A stretch of 54,257 nucleotides of DNA from positions 1 through 54,257 of IMG/VR virus record IMGVR_UViG_3300031938_000005, one strand, 5' to 3'. This DNA is from a virus. Its lineage: Duplodnaviria > Caudoviricetes. Made by a program: the position numbers and the translations under genes. Position 1 is the stretch's first letter; every line of letters starts with the position of its first letter. Shown piece by piece: positions 35,001-43,929 of the stretch. The notes under the pieces are model-generated. The model saw only the letters and a program-made list of their open reading frames with translations, was not told the origin of the DNA and made no database searches.

Positions 35001-37313
35001 CTTGCCTAGCTCTTCCCAGCTAAGCTGGGAGAGGTCGCTGACCGCACTGGTCAGTATCTTAAGGGCTACGGCAACGAGAATGAGCTTACCCATCCCCTTG
35101 CCCATGTCGATGTGCTCGAAGACCTTCATGCCGGCGGAAAGCTGGACAAACATGATTGTCATCGCAGTCAGGGCTCGCTTGAGACCCTCAGCGTCGACTC
35201 GCGAAAGCTGAACCACAGACAGGGCCATGATCCCAATTGCTGCCGCAAGCTGGAGAAGCTGAGTCGCCTTTAGCGTCTTCTGCATCTGGTCGAGGGTTCC
35301 GGTGAGGGACTCGAACGGACTGGTGAGCCTGTCAAGAGTGTCGATGAAGCTCATGACACCCTTGTCGGCTGACCCAGTGAACTTCTTGACGAGAAGCACA
35401 AGGCCTGCGAACAGACCTGTGTTGATGATGTCCAGAACCCGTCCGAAATCGACACCCTGGAACGCACTGGCGATCTTGTCGCCCATGCCGCCGAAGAAAT
35501 CGGCAAACTTTGGAGCCAACGAAGCGAACATCTTTCCGACGTCGCCAAGATGAGACATGACCGTCTGCCATATCTTGCTCAGACCATCACCGAGGCTCTT
35601 GAAGCCCTCAAACTTTGCTGCGACCGTGTCGAGAGAACCAGCATCGAGCCCATCGAAGAGCCCGAAGAAGGCGTCCTTCAGCTTGCTAAGCGCAACCAAG
35701 GGGACGAAAATGATGTCGCTAAGACCATCGAAGAACTTCGTAAGCCCTTCGCCACTCTTGAGCGCCTTGTCAATCGCGACGAAGAAATCGCCGATTCGCG
35801 CAGCCAGGTCCAAGAACTTGCTGTCGCCACCAGACATGGCGGCGAAGAGGTTCGAGAAGATTCGAGCGACCTGCTTGATGATCGTCCAACCGATATCGAA
35901 GATCGCGAACACACCAGCAAAGGCGCGCTTGATCTTGTCAGCTGTCGAGCCGCCTATTTTAAGACCCGCAGTGAAGTCTCTGATGGCCTTTGTAATATCA
36001 GCAAGCTGCTTGCCGGTAGCTGGCGGGAAGATCTGGTGGAACGCATCTCTGATCGGCTTGATTACGGCCATGAGCGCGTTGAACGCGTTCTTCACCGAGT
36101 CGATCATAGCGGTGCGACCGCCGGCGTCGGCCCAGTCCTTCAGGAGCTTGTTGCGAGCCTTGGCCGAGTTGCTAACCAGGGCACCGAGTCGGTTGTTGAC
36201 GTCGGTCCACATTTTCTTGGCCTGCTCGAAGTCGCCAAGGACAGTCTGGAACGACTGAGCCCAGCCAGATCCAGCAGATTCCTTGAGTGTTCCAACAAGC
36301 TGACTAAAGGTCTTAACCTTCGTAGCTGCATCCTGAGCAGTTGCCGCCTGAGCCTGGATGGACTTGATTTGAGCGTCGCTGAAGCCCTGAGCCTTGAGCT
36401 GGGCCTTAGACATGTCACCGGTGAACTGCTGAAGAGTCTTAGTCAGAACATCGGAGGTAAGCCAGGATTCCTCACCCGGCTTCGCCGTGATCGACTCACG
36501 GAACGACTTGCCGTTGATCGTGGCGTTCTTCATCTTGCCAGAGAGCTTGACGGCACCCTTGTCGAGCGTCCCCATTTTCTCAGCAGTCTGAGCCAACGCA
36601 CGCTGGAAGACTGTGCCACCCATACCGGCGTTGACGACCGAGTTCCAGTCCTGGAGAGACACACGTCCGGAGGAAATGGCCTGGGAGAGCTGGTACATGG
36701 CCGTGGAGGCCTGCTGGGAGTTTGAGCCCGAGAGTGCCGCAAGGTTTGCGATACCCTTGATCGAGCCCGTGGCCGTCTTCAAGTCGACACCAGCAGCCGT
36801 GAAGGTACCGATGTTTCGAGCCATCTCCGAGAAGTTGTAGATCGTCTTGTCGGAATATGTGTTGAGCTCGTTAAGGGCGCCGTTGACGTCCTTCAGCGTT
36901 GCGCCAGAAGCCTGCGTGTTAGCAAGAATCGTCTGGATCGCATTGAGGTTCGTCTCGTACTCGCCGAGACCATCCTTCATCGGCTGGAATATGCCTCGAG
37001 CGATGCGCATTCCATAGTTCGTGGCTTGACTGGAAAGTGTAGCCAACGCAGATATGCCGATGACCGACATAGCCTTGAACTTGTTGGCGATCCCATCGAC
37101 TGCCGAACTAATTCCGCCAAGGTTGAACCGCTTTCCGTTCTCGGAAATGTCGTTCATGCCCTTAGAGGCCGCGGCCAATCCCTTGGCTGCGTTGTCAAGC
37201 TTCATACCCTTTTCAAGGGCCTGAAGGGAAGACAGCGTCTGTCGGACGCCGTTCTCGAACTGCGTGTTGTCAAGCTTGAGTTGAACAATACGCTCGTCGA
37301 TCGATGCGCTCAT
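32007..37313 (-). CDS. tape measure protein
   Basis: 1768 aa, Ala/Gly-rich helical repeats (LSWEELGKGL), LGIHSPSR / LGIKSPSR motifs. Confidence 0.95.
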   Translation of the reverse strand: MSASIDERIVQLKLDNTQFENGVRQTLSSLQALEKGMKLDNAAKGLAAASKGMNDISENGKRFNLGGISSAVDGIANKFKAMSVIGISALATLSSQATNYGMRIARGIFQPMKDGLGEYETNLNAIQTILANTQASGATLKDVNGALNELNTYSDKTIYNFSEMARNIGTFTAAGVDLKTATGSIKGIANLAALSGSNSQQASTAMYQLSQAISSGRVSLQDWNSVVNAGMGGTVFQRALAQTAEKMGTLDKGAVKLSGKMKNATINGKSFRESITAKPGEESWLTSDVLTKTLQQFTGDMSKAQLKAQGFSDAQIKSIQAQAATAQDAATKVKTFSQLVGTLKESAGSGWAQSFQTVLGDFEQAKKMWTDVNNRLGALVSNSAKARNKLLKDWADAGGRTAMIDSVKNAFNALMAVIKPIRDAFHQIFPPATGKQLADITKAIRDFTAGLKIGGSTADKIKRAFAGVFAIFDIGWTIIKQVARIFSNLFAAMSGGDSKFLDLAARIGDFFVAIDKALKSGEGLTKFFDGLSDIIFVPLVALSKLKDAFFGLFDGLDAGSLDTVAAKFEGFKSLGDGLSKIWQTVMSHLGDVGKMFASLAPKFADFFGGMGDKIASAFQGVDFGRVLDIINTGLFAGLVLLVKKFTGSADKGVMSFIDTLDRLTSPFESLTGTLDQMQKTLKATQLLQLAAAIGIMALSVVQLSRVDAEGLKRALTAMTIMFVQLSAGMKVFEHIDMGKGMGKLILVAVALKILTSAVSDLSQLSWEELGKGLSGTSALLAVLAGAARAMPDGKKMASASAGLVIMAGAVRILVGAVTDLSGLSWEELGKGLGAVGAILGSLALFTRLAAANKGGVAQGVGIVLLATGIRILSDAIIDFSKMSWEEIGKGVATLAGALGSIAVALALIPPSSVLSAAAVLVVATALSAIGDAVIKMGALDGETIGKGLGTIAGALALIAGALALLPPTSLLSAAAIFTVAASLSMITDALSTMGGMSMEEIGKGLGTLAGALGIIALAMVGMSAALPGAAALIVVASALAILAPIIVTLGNLSWEQIGKGLLVLAASLAVIGVAAALLTPVIPSLLGLGIAIGLLGVGVALAGAGVLAFSLGLTTLAAAGAGATAAIVAIVSGLIGLIPTVMEQIGLGLVAFAKVIATAGPAITQAITVVLVALMDAIIRVIPKVGQLMLTLLATLLRVLVQGIPMIVRAGMQLVIGILNGIAAKIGQVVTAATNVIVAFLNGISKNLKRIIDAGIELIISFVNGMANSIRQHQKEMSDAGKNLAGAIVDGMTGGLRDGVNAVVNAAKGMAKSALDAAKNLLGIHSPSREFAKVGKYSAEGFAKGLTGSKDQINAAYKTMRDLVASAMAAEREDISKLEARLATLNKARKKDRDAIRATSTALAQARAELKKTTAASKLVNSWGDETKKLSSLSSQLQTVGDKLKAANDKLADAKKVRDDYNKSVKDQYANLPDFQNDTKLTDYITNLEKRVADTQIFTAQLNKLRDLGLNDEMYKELLAKGPDAIPFVTQILDGGKTAVDQINTLDSSLNKAATGLADSASKALYQAAVDSAAGLVKGLESQQANIQKQMDKIADAMVKAIKKKLGIKSPSREFMKVGKWSNEGLAQGLADSRMPIQAAEEVGHNAIDAMRKTLTGLSDVMTTHIDTNPTIKPVLDLTDIRKGSGDIGGMLATKPIAVGGAYSLARSLADEVAAVRKANVPGDKPDQPPAPINFTQNNYSPKAISAAESYRNTKNVISTAKGALNKR

Positions 37314-37687
37314 ACAGAAATCACCGCCTTCCAGACTGCTTCAGAGATCTTGTCAAAAATGGGCTTCAGAGCCGGGTTGATGTAGTCACGTCCTCTGACG
37401 TAACCACCAGTTCCGGTTCCGTGGCCGTACTGGAGCATGATTGCGACAGGAAAACCACTCTCGATGTCGTTGTTGTTCCAGCTGATGGAGAGCTTTCCTC
37501 CAGATTCTTCAATCGTGTAACTCCATGAGTTCGCAGCCAAACCCGAATCAGACGGGGTTGCGGTCTCGAGAGCATTCACGCCCATTTGAGCATATGGTTC
37601 TACGATCGATCGAAGATTGAGCTTTACGCTCTTCTGGAGGAAAGCCTCCAAGTTCTTAAAGGAGCCAGACGACTCTACCGAGATCAA
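37310..37687 (-). CDS. tail completion / HK97 gp10-like protein
   Basis: ATP.DSG..A.SW.Y, LQYGHGT..GGYV.G.DYINPA. Confidence 0.75.
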   Translation of the reverse strand: MISVESSGSFKNLEAFLQKSVKLNLRSIVEPYAQMGVNALETATPSDSGLAANSWSYTIEESGGKLSISWNNNDIESGFPVAIMLQYGHGTGTGGYVRGRDYINPALKPIFDKISEAVWKAVISV

Positions 37688-37706
37688 ATAAGGCTCCTTT
37701 CGGGAA

Positions 37707-38318
37707 CTATCCCAGCTTGGCGAAGTAGAGGTTTACGAACGCTCGATCAGCAACCGCATCAGTCGACCAGTAAATGAACGTCTTGTTCACCATGTTCCCG
37801 GTGACCGCAGCCGCCTCCTGGTAGAAGGGATATGACGTCACTCGTGCTTGGGCCCCATACGCCATCCGACCATTACCGGTATCGGAGTCAAGAGCCGTAC
37901 ACGGAATGTCGTGAATGATCGCGCCGTCCCTGGCGTTGTACTCCAGGTGTTCGAGTCGAACGTGATCTGGAAGATTGCCAGAGAACTCGATGAAGACCGA
38001 TGTGGTCAGCTGGTACCAACCGGCTTCCTCGAAAGAGATCCCGCCAAATGCAGTCGACGGACTGTCAATGAGACCGGGTCCAGGTTGACCAGCTAGATAT
38101 GGAGTGAACGTGAAGTCCGCCAACCACAGCTTCTTTCCGGTACCAGCACCACTTTCCTGCTTGAGACTCGGAGTCGCCACAGTAACGCCCCCGAACCCTC
38201 CGCCAGAAGAAGGCGCGGGAATATCGGTCTTGAGGGCGTACTTTCCATCCGAATCCGAACGGAGCTGGGAAAGCATGGCGTCGATCTTTGACTTGCCGTA
38301 TGAGAGAATCTCTCCCAT
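37707..38318 (-). CDS. putative virion protein
   Basis: 203-aa ORF in the tail module. Confidence 0.65.
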   Translation of the reverse strand: MGEILSYGKSKIDAMLSQLRSDSDGKYALKTDIPAPSSGGGFGGVTVATPSLKQESGAGTGKKLWLADFTFTPYLAGQPGPGLIDSPSTAFGGISFEEAGWYQLTTSVFIEFSGNLPDHVRLEHLEYNARDGAIIHDIPCTALDSDTGNGRMAYGAQARVTSYPFYQEAAAVTGNMVNKTFIYWSTDAVADRAFVNLYFAKLG

Positions 38319-38332
38319 TTTGAAGCTCCTTT

Positions 38333-38989
38333 CTACGGAATGAAGTGGATGCTGGTGTCAGCAGGATCGGGCGACCAAGTTCCGGGATCCTCCAGGCTCA
38401 ACGTTGTGAACGAGAGGCAGAACTGAGAGTTGCCGAGACTCGATGCGTCCATCGCTCCGTTGTCGCCACCTACAGACTGAGCCTGCAGTTGGATCTCATC
38501 ACCGGCATTCAGATGAATCGGATTGTAGGTCCACGACTGCTGGTAGGTACGTCCGGTTAGCGGACCCTCGATGTTGAATGACGGGTAGTTACCGTAGTCC
38601 TGTCCAGGGTACGTGAAGTTCACATTCCAGAGCTTCGGCGGGTTGTTGTAGAAGCTGAGCTGGTACCACAGGGTTGGGGTAAACCATCCGGAATCTCCAA
38701 CAATCAGAGATGCGGGGTCACCCTGCGTCCAACCATAGGTTGGGTCCTCGGCCGTCGTGGGGAGGGACCCAAGCTTGAACCCCATCCGAGGGCCGCCGCC
38801 ATTGAGCTTACGGAAGTCGAAACCCCCGGACGGATGGGCAATAAGGTAAGCCCCGTTGAACTGCTTGGTCAGGTTCCACATGTCACAGACTGTGGTGCCT
38901 CCGACGGAGGCTCCGCCACTGGCCGCAGCCACAGCGTCCGCGATCTCCTTGCGAATCTGAGTTGCGGTTAGACTCTCTACTGTTGACAC
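38333..38989 (-). CDS. putative virion protein
   Basis: 218-aa ORF in the tail module. Confidence 0.65.
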   Translation of the reverse strand: MSTVESLTATQIRKEIADAVAAASGGASVGGTTVCDMWNLTKQFNGAYLIAHPSGGFDFRKLNGGGPRMGFKLGSLPTTAEDPTYGWTQGDPASLIVGDSGWFTPTLWYQLSFYNNPPKLWNVNFTYPGQDYGNYPSFNIEGPLTGRTYQQSWTYNPIHLNAGDEIQLQAQSVGGDNGAMDASSLGNSQFCLSFTTLSLEDPGTWSPDPADTSIHFIP

Positions 38990-38998
38990 TTTGCCTCC

Positions 38999-39922
38999 TT
39001 AGAGGTACGTGTAGGTTCCGTCACCGTTATCGATGACGTATTCGTGGTTGATCTTGAAGGTTCCGTCGTTGTACTCAACTACTGCAGAACCCACAGCTGA
39101 GTATTCATCAGGTGGGAGTTCGGTAACGTCGAGACCGTCGTAGGTGAGGATCAAGAACGAACCATCACCCATGTCATGAACACGATCGTGCGAGATCTCA
39201 AAGTTACCTTGATCGCCAAGCGTAACCGCGGTTCCATCAACCGTGTATCGACCACCGATGAACTTCTCGACGACTAGGCCATCGTTGTATGCGAAGAGCG
39301 TCAGAAGTTGAGTGGTGGTAGGCATTTGAGCGTCGGTAGTTTCATCTCCATAGAGAATATCCTCGAGCGCTTGAACCAGCTCTGGCGGAGCGAAGCGAGT
39401 ATCGATGTAGAAATGCGCAGTCGGAAGGGCGCGATCGACAAGGCTGGCCTTGGTGGTGATTTCCCAACTGAACGCATCGAGATTTGCATCGTTACTCGTC
39501 GTACCATGCTTGTGCTGCGTTGGTGCAGCGAGAGCGTTGTATACAAGATGGATGCGATACCCATGCGCTTCACCTTCAAGATCGTTTCCGACCTTTGAGC
39601 GATATGTCAAACCGAAGGAACGACGGCGCTGTTGGGTCGCGAACAACCCCTGAGAGAGTTGAACCGTCCCATCGCACAGGTCGAATTCCGGCGGGCTGAA
39701 GTATGCACTGAGCGTTGCTGCGAATTCTTCACGAGAAGCAAGGTTGAGGTACTTGATCCCGTCAATGTAATACGGCTTTGCTTCGCCGCCGCTTGGTGCT
39801 TCCTCGACGGCAGTGATTCCATCCCACGGGACGCCGGGTCGATCGTTTAGATATAGGACTCCACGGTCGATGCCGGTCTCATAGAAACGTTGACCGACTG
39901 TACCCCAGTTAATTCTCGACAT
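38999..39922 (-). CDS. second major-tail-like protein with C-terminal repeat
   Basis: Paralogous to 40526..41191 (YETG.D/E.GVLY, SREEF..T, Y..HLVY.ALA.P, FSWE). Confidence 0.75.
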   Translation of the reverse strand: MSRINWGTVGQRFYETGIDRGVLYLNDRPGVPWDGITAVEEAPSGGEAKPYYIDGIKYLNLASREEFAATLSAYFSPPEFDLCDGTVQLSQGLFATQQRRRSFGLTYRSKVGNDLEGEAHGYRIHLVYNALAAPTQHKHGTTSNDANLDAFSWEITTKASLVDRALPTAHFYIDTRFAPPELVQALEDILYGDETTDAQMPTTTQLLTLFAYNDGLVVEKFIGGRYTVDGTAVTLGDQGNFEISHDRVHDMGDGSFLILTYDGLDVTELPPDEYSAVGSAVVEYNDGTFKINHEYVIDNGDGTYTYL

Positions 39923-39935
39923 TCAGTACCTCCTC

Positions 39936-40502
39936 TCACTTCTGCTGTGCGGCTGCTACTTGCGCACGACGCTTCGCCATGGCGTCTCTTCTACTACTTA
40001 TTGCTTCGCGCTGGTTCATTTTCTTCGGCGGCGCATTCTTCTCGTTAGTCACTCGTATAAGAGTGATCAGTCGATTCAGATGCCAGTTCTCTGCCGAAAT
40101 GTCAATACTCAGGGTGAGCATGTAGTAGTAAAAGACCTCATTGGTGAAGACTTCGTGGCTCCGAGGCCTGTTCGGATCTTCCCGAAACCACGTAGCTGTG
40201 TGATTCCCGTTAATGTACTCAGAAATCTTGCTGATGTGTTCGTTCGTTAGCTTGGAGAAAACCTCGGGGGGAACCTCCGGGTTCAAGCTCATAGCCTTGA
40301 CGTACCAGAGGGTCTCCTCTGGGGTTTTCTCATCGTTCGAGAGGAACGGTTTCTCGAACTTCTGCTCCCATTTTGAAAGGGAGACCAGAGAGTGCTCAAG
40401 CTCCAGCTTGTATGCGGACGTGGTCACGAATTCCATCTTGGATTCGTCAAACGCCTCTGTCATGGGAACTTCGATTACGAGCACTCTCTGGCCTCCTTTC
40501 AT
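39936..40502 (-). CDS. tail assembly chaperone
   Basis: LEHSLVSLSKWE.K..KPFL, WHLNRL.TLI; follows the major tail gene. Confidence 0.7.
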   Translation of the reverse strand: MKGGQRVLVIEVPMTEAFDESKMEFVTTSAYKLELEHSLVSLSKWEQKFEKPFLSNDEKTPEETLWYVKAMSLNPEVPPEVFSKLTNEHISKISEYINGNHTATWFREDPNRPRSHEVFTNEVFYYYMLTLSIDISAENWHLNRLITLIRVTNEKNAPPKKMNQREAISSRRDAMAKRRAQVAAAQQK

Positions 40503-40525
40503 GTGCGATCTAGAGGGGAACTAGA

Positions 40526-41191
40526 TCAGGGGGTGACGGGCGTGTCGAACAGCGCGAACACGTCGGCCGGCAGCGGCAGCTCGGGCTCGGTGGCCGCGTC
40601 ACCGTAGAGCAGAAGCTCCAGGGCAGCGAGGTCAGCCTCCGCAACCTCCGTCGAGTTGATCGTGATGATCGACGACGGACGGAAGCCGGGAACGTCGACC
40701 GGCGTGGTCGAGAACTCCCAGCTGAAGGTGATTGGCTCCGGCGAGTCGTTCACGGTGCTGTACTGCTTCTCCGACGGCGACGCCAGAGCGCCGTAGACGA
40801 GGTGGAGCTTGTAGCCGAAGCTGTTGCCCTCCGCGTCGTTGCCGAGGATGGTGCGGTAGCACAAACCGAAGGACTTCCGGTTCTGCTGGCCGACCCGGAC
40901 ACCGGGCTTCGCCTCGGCGGTGCCGTCGCAGGCGTCGAACTCGGGCGGCGACATGAAGGCCTCGAGGGTGCCGCCGAACTCCTCGGCAGACAGGAGGTTC
41001 ACGTACACCCTGTTGTCGGCGTACTGCTTGTTGGACTCGGCACCCGAAGGCGATTCCGTGACGGAGACGAGGCCGTTCCAGGCCACGCCGGTGTTGTATG
41101 CGCCAGTGCCGTCCGGGAGGTAGAGGACGCCCTTCTCGACGCCAGTCTCGTACTCCTTCTCACCGACCTGGTCCCACTTGAGAGCAACCAT
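40526..41191 (-). CDS. major tail protein
   Basis: MVALKWDQ.GE..YETGV..GVLY, strong high-expression codon bias. Confidence 0.85.
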   Translation of the reverse strand: MVALKWDQVGEKEYETGVEKGVLYLPDGTGAYNTGVAWNGLVSVTESPSGAESNKQYADNRVYVNLLSAEEFGGTLEAFMSPPEFDACDGTAEAKPGVRVGQQNRKSFGLCYRTILGNDAEGNSFGYKLHLVYGALASPSEKQYSTVNDSPEPITFSWEFSTTPVDVPGFRPSSIITINSTEVAEADLAALELLLYGDAATEPELPLPADVFALFDTPVTP

Positions 41192-41204
41192 GGCTCTATT
41201 CCTT

Positions 41205-41516
41205 TCAGATGAAGATGTCGAAGACGTTGTGATGGAGGTTTTCCGCCACAAAGTAGGCAGAGTGCCTACACATGGGGAGGTGGGCGACCTTCTTAGGGAT
41301 CTCAGAATCGGGATCTCTGTCGATGACCGTCACCGTGAATCTCTCATGCAAGAGATATGGCTGATTTCCCGCGAACCGTGGATCCAACTTCGCTGAAGCG
41401 TAGAGGATGCACGGATACTTCATGCCCGTGTTAGGAGGCTCTTGGAAATACACATTGTCCGCGATCTCATGGAGCTGTTCGCTCAGTTGGAGTCGGTCCA
41501 CTGTATACACCTCCAA
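41205..41516 (-). CDS. tail terminator / head-tail joining protein
   Basis: NVYFQ.P....KYPCI.Y, VID.DPDS. Confidence 0.7.
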   Translation of the reverse strand: MEVYTVDRLQLSEQLHEIADNVYFQEPPNTGMKYPCILYASAKLDPRFAGNQPYLLHERFTVTVIDRDPDSEIPKKVAHLPMCRHSAYFVAENLHHNVFDIFI

Positions 41517-41811
41517 GCCTCAACACGAGGCGGGGGCTCTGCACTTCGACGTCAGTGACATCCCACAGAACCCCCGCCCACCGCGTGTAACGGATGGCAT
41601 GGAAATTTTCGTTCGCGTAAGCATCAGCCATGATGCTGATGGAATTGCCGACGGATAGGTCAGGATTGACCTTGTTTCCGACCTGCAACTGCCTCGTGTC
41701 CCGAATAACATCGCCGTAGTACTCGCGTTCTACGATCTGCTCTTCGAAGACGTCCGGCTTTGTCTCCACCGCCCCTTGGCTGTAGCCAACAACCCCGCAG
41801 AACCTTGCCAT
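41467..41811 (-). CDS. head-to-tail stopper
   Basis: MARF.G.VGY, YYGDV, N.ISI.AD.YA, PRL.L.LGG.Y. Confidence 0.7.
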   Translation of the reverse strand: MARFCGVVGYSQGAVETKPDVFEEQIVEREYYGDVIRDTRQLQVGNKVNPDLSVGNSISIMADAYANENFHAIRYTRWAGVLWDVTDVEVQSPRLVLRLGGVYSGPTPTERTAP

Positions 41812-41832
41812 CCGGACTATCGCCTAGTGCCG

Positions 41833-43929
41833 TCAGGCGGTGTAGGCGAAGGTCCAGTCGTTGTCGGTGTTGTGCGGGAAGTTGTAACCCGTCAGCGGCC
41901 GAGCCTCGACATCCGTGGTCCGGGTGATGACCGTGTTGCCAGCGGTCAGCTTGGACTCGGCGGTCACGTCGGTGACGTCCCAGTACTCCACGCCGGCGGT
42001 GTTGGGCACCGTCAGGGTGTTGGTGTCAGGGTCGAAGGTCGGAACGGCCGGGGTCACCGTGGTGCCCGAGTCACGCTTGACCACGACGGCCGACTTCGGC
42101 TTCGTCAGAGCACCGGAGATGCGGGTCTCCATGAGGTACTTCATCTGGTTGTAGTCGATGTCGAAGTCGTCGAACATGGCGAGCTGGCCGCCACGGTCCG
42201 CACCGATGGTGTAGTCAGCGATGTTGACCATGATGCCCAGCAGGTCGGGAGCGGCCTCGAAGACCTCGACCACGACGACGTCCTTGACGCGGAGCGTCGC
42301 CGACAGCTCGGTGACCGTCGGGTAGACGCGCCGGCCGACCTTGTCCTTGATCAGGAGCATGTCGGTCAGGATGTCATCCGTGGTGTAGAACGTCGGGGTG
42401 CCGGTGCCCTTGTAGTACTTCCGAGCGCGGATGATGCTCTCGACGAGAGCGTCACCAACGACGTTGGTGGGCAGGTTGACCTTGTGGGAGTACATGTCGT
42501 CGTCCCACGCGATCGGACGGAGGCTGTCCTCGTCGATCTTGTCGTCGTCGTCGGGCTCGCGACCGTCGCCGATGAGAATCGCACGCGCGATCTCCTCCTC
42601 GAGCATGAACTTCATCTCCCACTTGAGCCACGCCACGACGTCGAGGTCGGTGATGTCCACGATGTCGTCACGGTCCAGCTTCTGCTTCTTGTAGACCGTG
42701 GTGGGGAGGGTGGTGCGCTTCAGGAGCTTGATGACCTCGTCCTTCTTGAGGTTGCCCTTCACGTAACCCTTGGCGCGAGCCTCGTCCGCGGTCAGGTCAG
42801 CCGCAAGCGACTTGATCCGCGAGAACGGGGAGTGCTTGGCGCCATCGAGGACGCCCGCGACCCACTCCGTCCGACGAGCGATGAGCTCCGGCTGCGACGT
42901 GACGCTCTTGGCGTCCGGGAACAGGAACTCGATGTCGTCGATACCGTAGCCGAGCGACTCACCTTCAGCGTGCTCGAGGAAGGCGTCCTTGAGGGAGCCG
43001 GTCTTCTGAGCGGTGGCGAAGATGGTGCCGAGGGCATCGTGGGAGAGGGACGGACGGCTCTGCTCGGTGCGGAGCTCGCCGTTCTGCTCGAAGATGTTGC
43101 GACGCATGGTGTTGCCTTCCTGGTGGGTGAGGTCGCCCTCGTTGGTGATGCCCGAATGGGCTGCGGAGGAGCCGGAGGCGCTGTCCATCGCGACCCCGAT
43201 CATGTAGTAGACCAGCTTCTTCTGGTCCTCGGTGAACGAATCGAACACGTCCTGAAGAGTGGTGTCCGCGTGGACGAGCACCTCGGCCGAGCCGGCCTCG
43301 TTGGAGAGGGTGAGAGCGTCCTCGAGCATCGAGTGAAGCAGCTCCTGCTGCTCCTCCGACATCGAGTCGTACACCGTCTGGTTGTCGGTCTCCACCTGCT
43401 CCTCTTCCTTCTGCTCCGGTTCCTTCTGCTGCTCGACGGCGGCGCCGTCAGCGGAGTGGATGAGGGTCTCGCCGGTGAAGATGACTGCCTCACCGTCCAG
43501 CTCCTCGTCCTCAAAGCCGGCACCGTGAGAAACGGCGACCTGCATGATCTTGGCGCCCGGGTTTGCGCCCGAGAGCACGAGACTGACCTCGCGGATGATG
43601 CCGTGGAGGACCGTCTTGGTGTTCGAAACCACGCGCTCGACCAGGTCGTTGGCGTAGATCGACATCGAGTCGACGTCCTTGTGCTGGACGAAGATCTTGG
43701 CCTGCTTGCCGGCGTCGGTGTCGTTGAAGAAACCATCCGCCCACATTCCCTCCGGCTTGGCCGTGAGAATGGCGTGACCCAGAACGTTGGCCGGGTCGTT
43801 GTGCGAGTGCTGCCAGACGAGCGGGACCTGCATACCGTCCTGCTTGAGGAACGCCTCTGCTGAGATCGTCCGTCCGTCGGCGCACCTGAGATTGGCCTTG
43901 GTTGCCCATCCGCTGAAGTCAGGCTCCAT
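41833..43929 (-). CDS. prohead protease - scaffold - major capsid protein fusion
   Basis: DFSGWAT, VPLVWQH.H, EVSLVLSGANPGA (HK97-type protease); HSPFSRIKS, LEEEIARAILIGDGR, FDDFDIDYNQ (capsid). Confidence 0.9.
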   Translation of the reverse strand: MEPDFSGWATKANLRCADGRTISAEAFLKQDGMQVPLVWQHSHNDPANVLGHAILTAKPEGMWADGFFNDTDAGKQAKIFVQHKDVDSMSIYANDLVERVVSNTKTVLHGIIREVSLVLSGANPGAKIMQVAVSHGAGFEDEELDGEAVIFTGETLIHSADGAAVEQQKEPEQKEEEQVETDNQTVYDSMSEEQQELLHSMLEDALTLSNEAGSAEVLVHADTTLQDVFDSFTEDQKKLVYYMIGVAMDSASGSSAAHSGITNEGDLTHQEGNTMRRNIFEQNGELRTEQSRPSLSHDALGTIFATAQKTGSLKDAFLEHAEGESLGYGIDDIEFLFPDAKSVTSQPELIARRTEWVAGVLDGAKHSPFSRIKSLAADLTADEARAKGYVKGNLKKDEVIKLLKRTTLPTTVYKKQKLDRDDIVDITDLDVVAWLKWEMKFMLEEEIARAILIGDGREPDDDDKIDEDSLRPIAWDDDMYSHKVNLPTNVVGDALVESIIRARKYYKGTGTPTFYTTDDILTDMLLIKDKVGRRVYPTVTELSATLRVKDVVVVEVFEAAPDLLGIMVNIADYTIGADRGGQLAMFDDFDIDYNQMKYLMETRISGALTKPKSAVVVKRDSGTTVTPAVPTFDPDTNTLTVPNTAGVEYWDVTDVTAESKLTAGNTVITRTTDVEARPLTGYNFPHNTDNDWTFAYTA

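Noticed and set aside
39936-40502. Programmed -1 frameshift in the tail assembly chaperone
   Set aside because: No convincing slippery heptamer or overlapping extension ORF was seen; the next gene has its own RBS
41776-43863. 695-aa plus-strand ORF, and other long antisense ORFs (14.6-21 kb, 33841-36725)
   Set aside because: They mirror strongly codon-biased minus-strand genes, have no RBS or recognisable motifs, and all credible genes are on the minus strand
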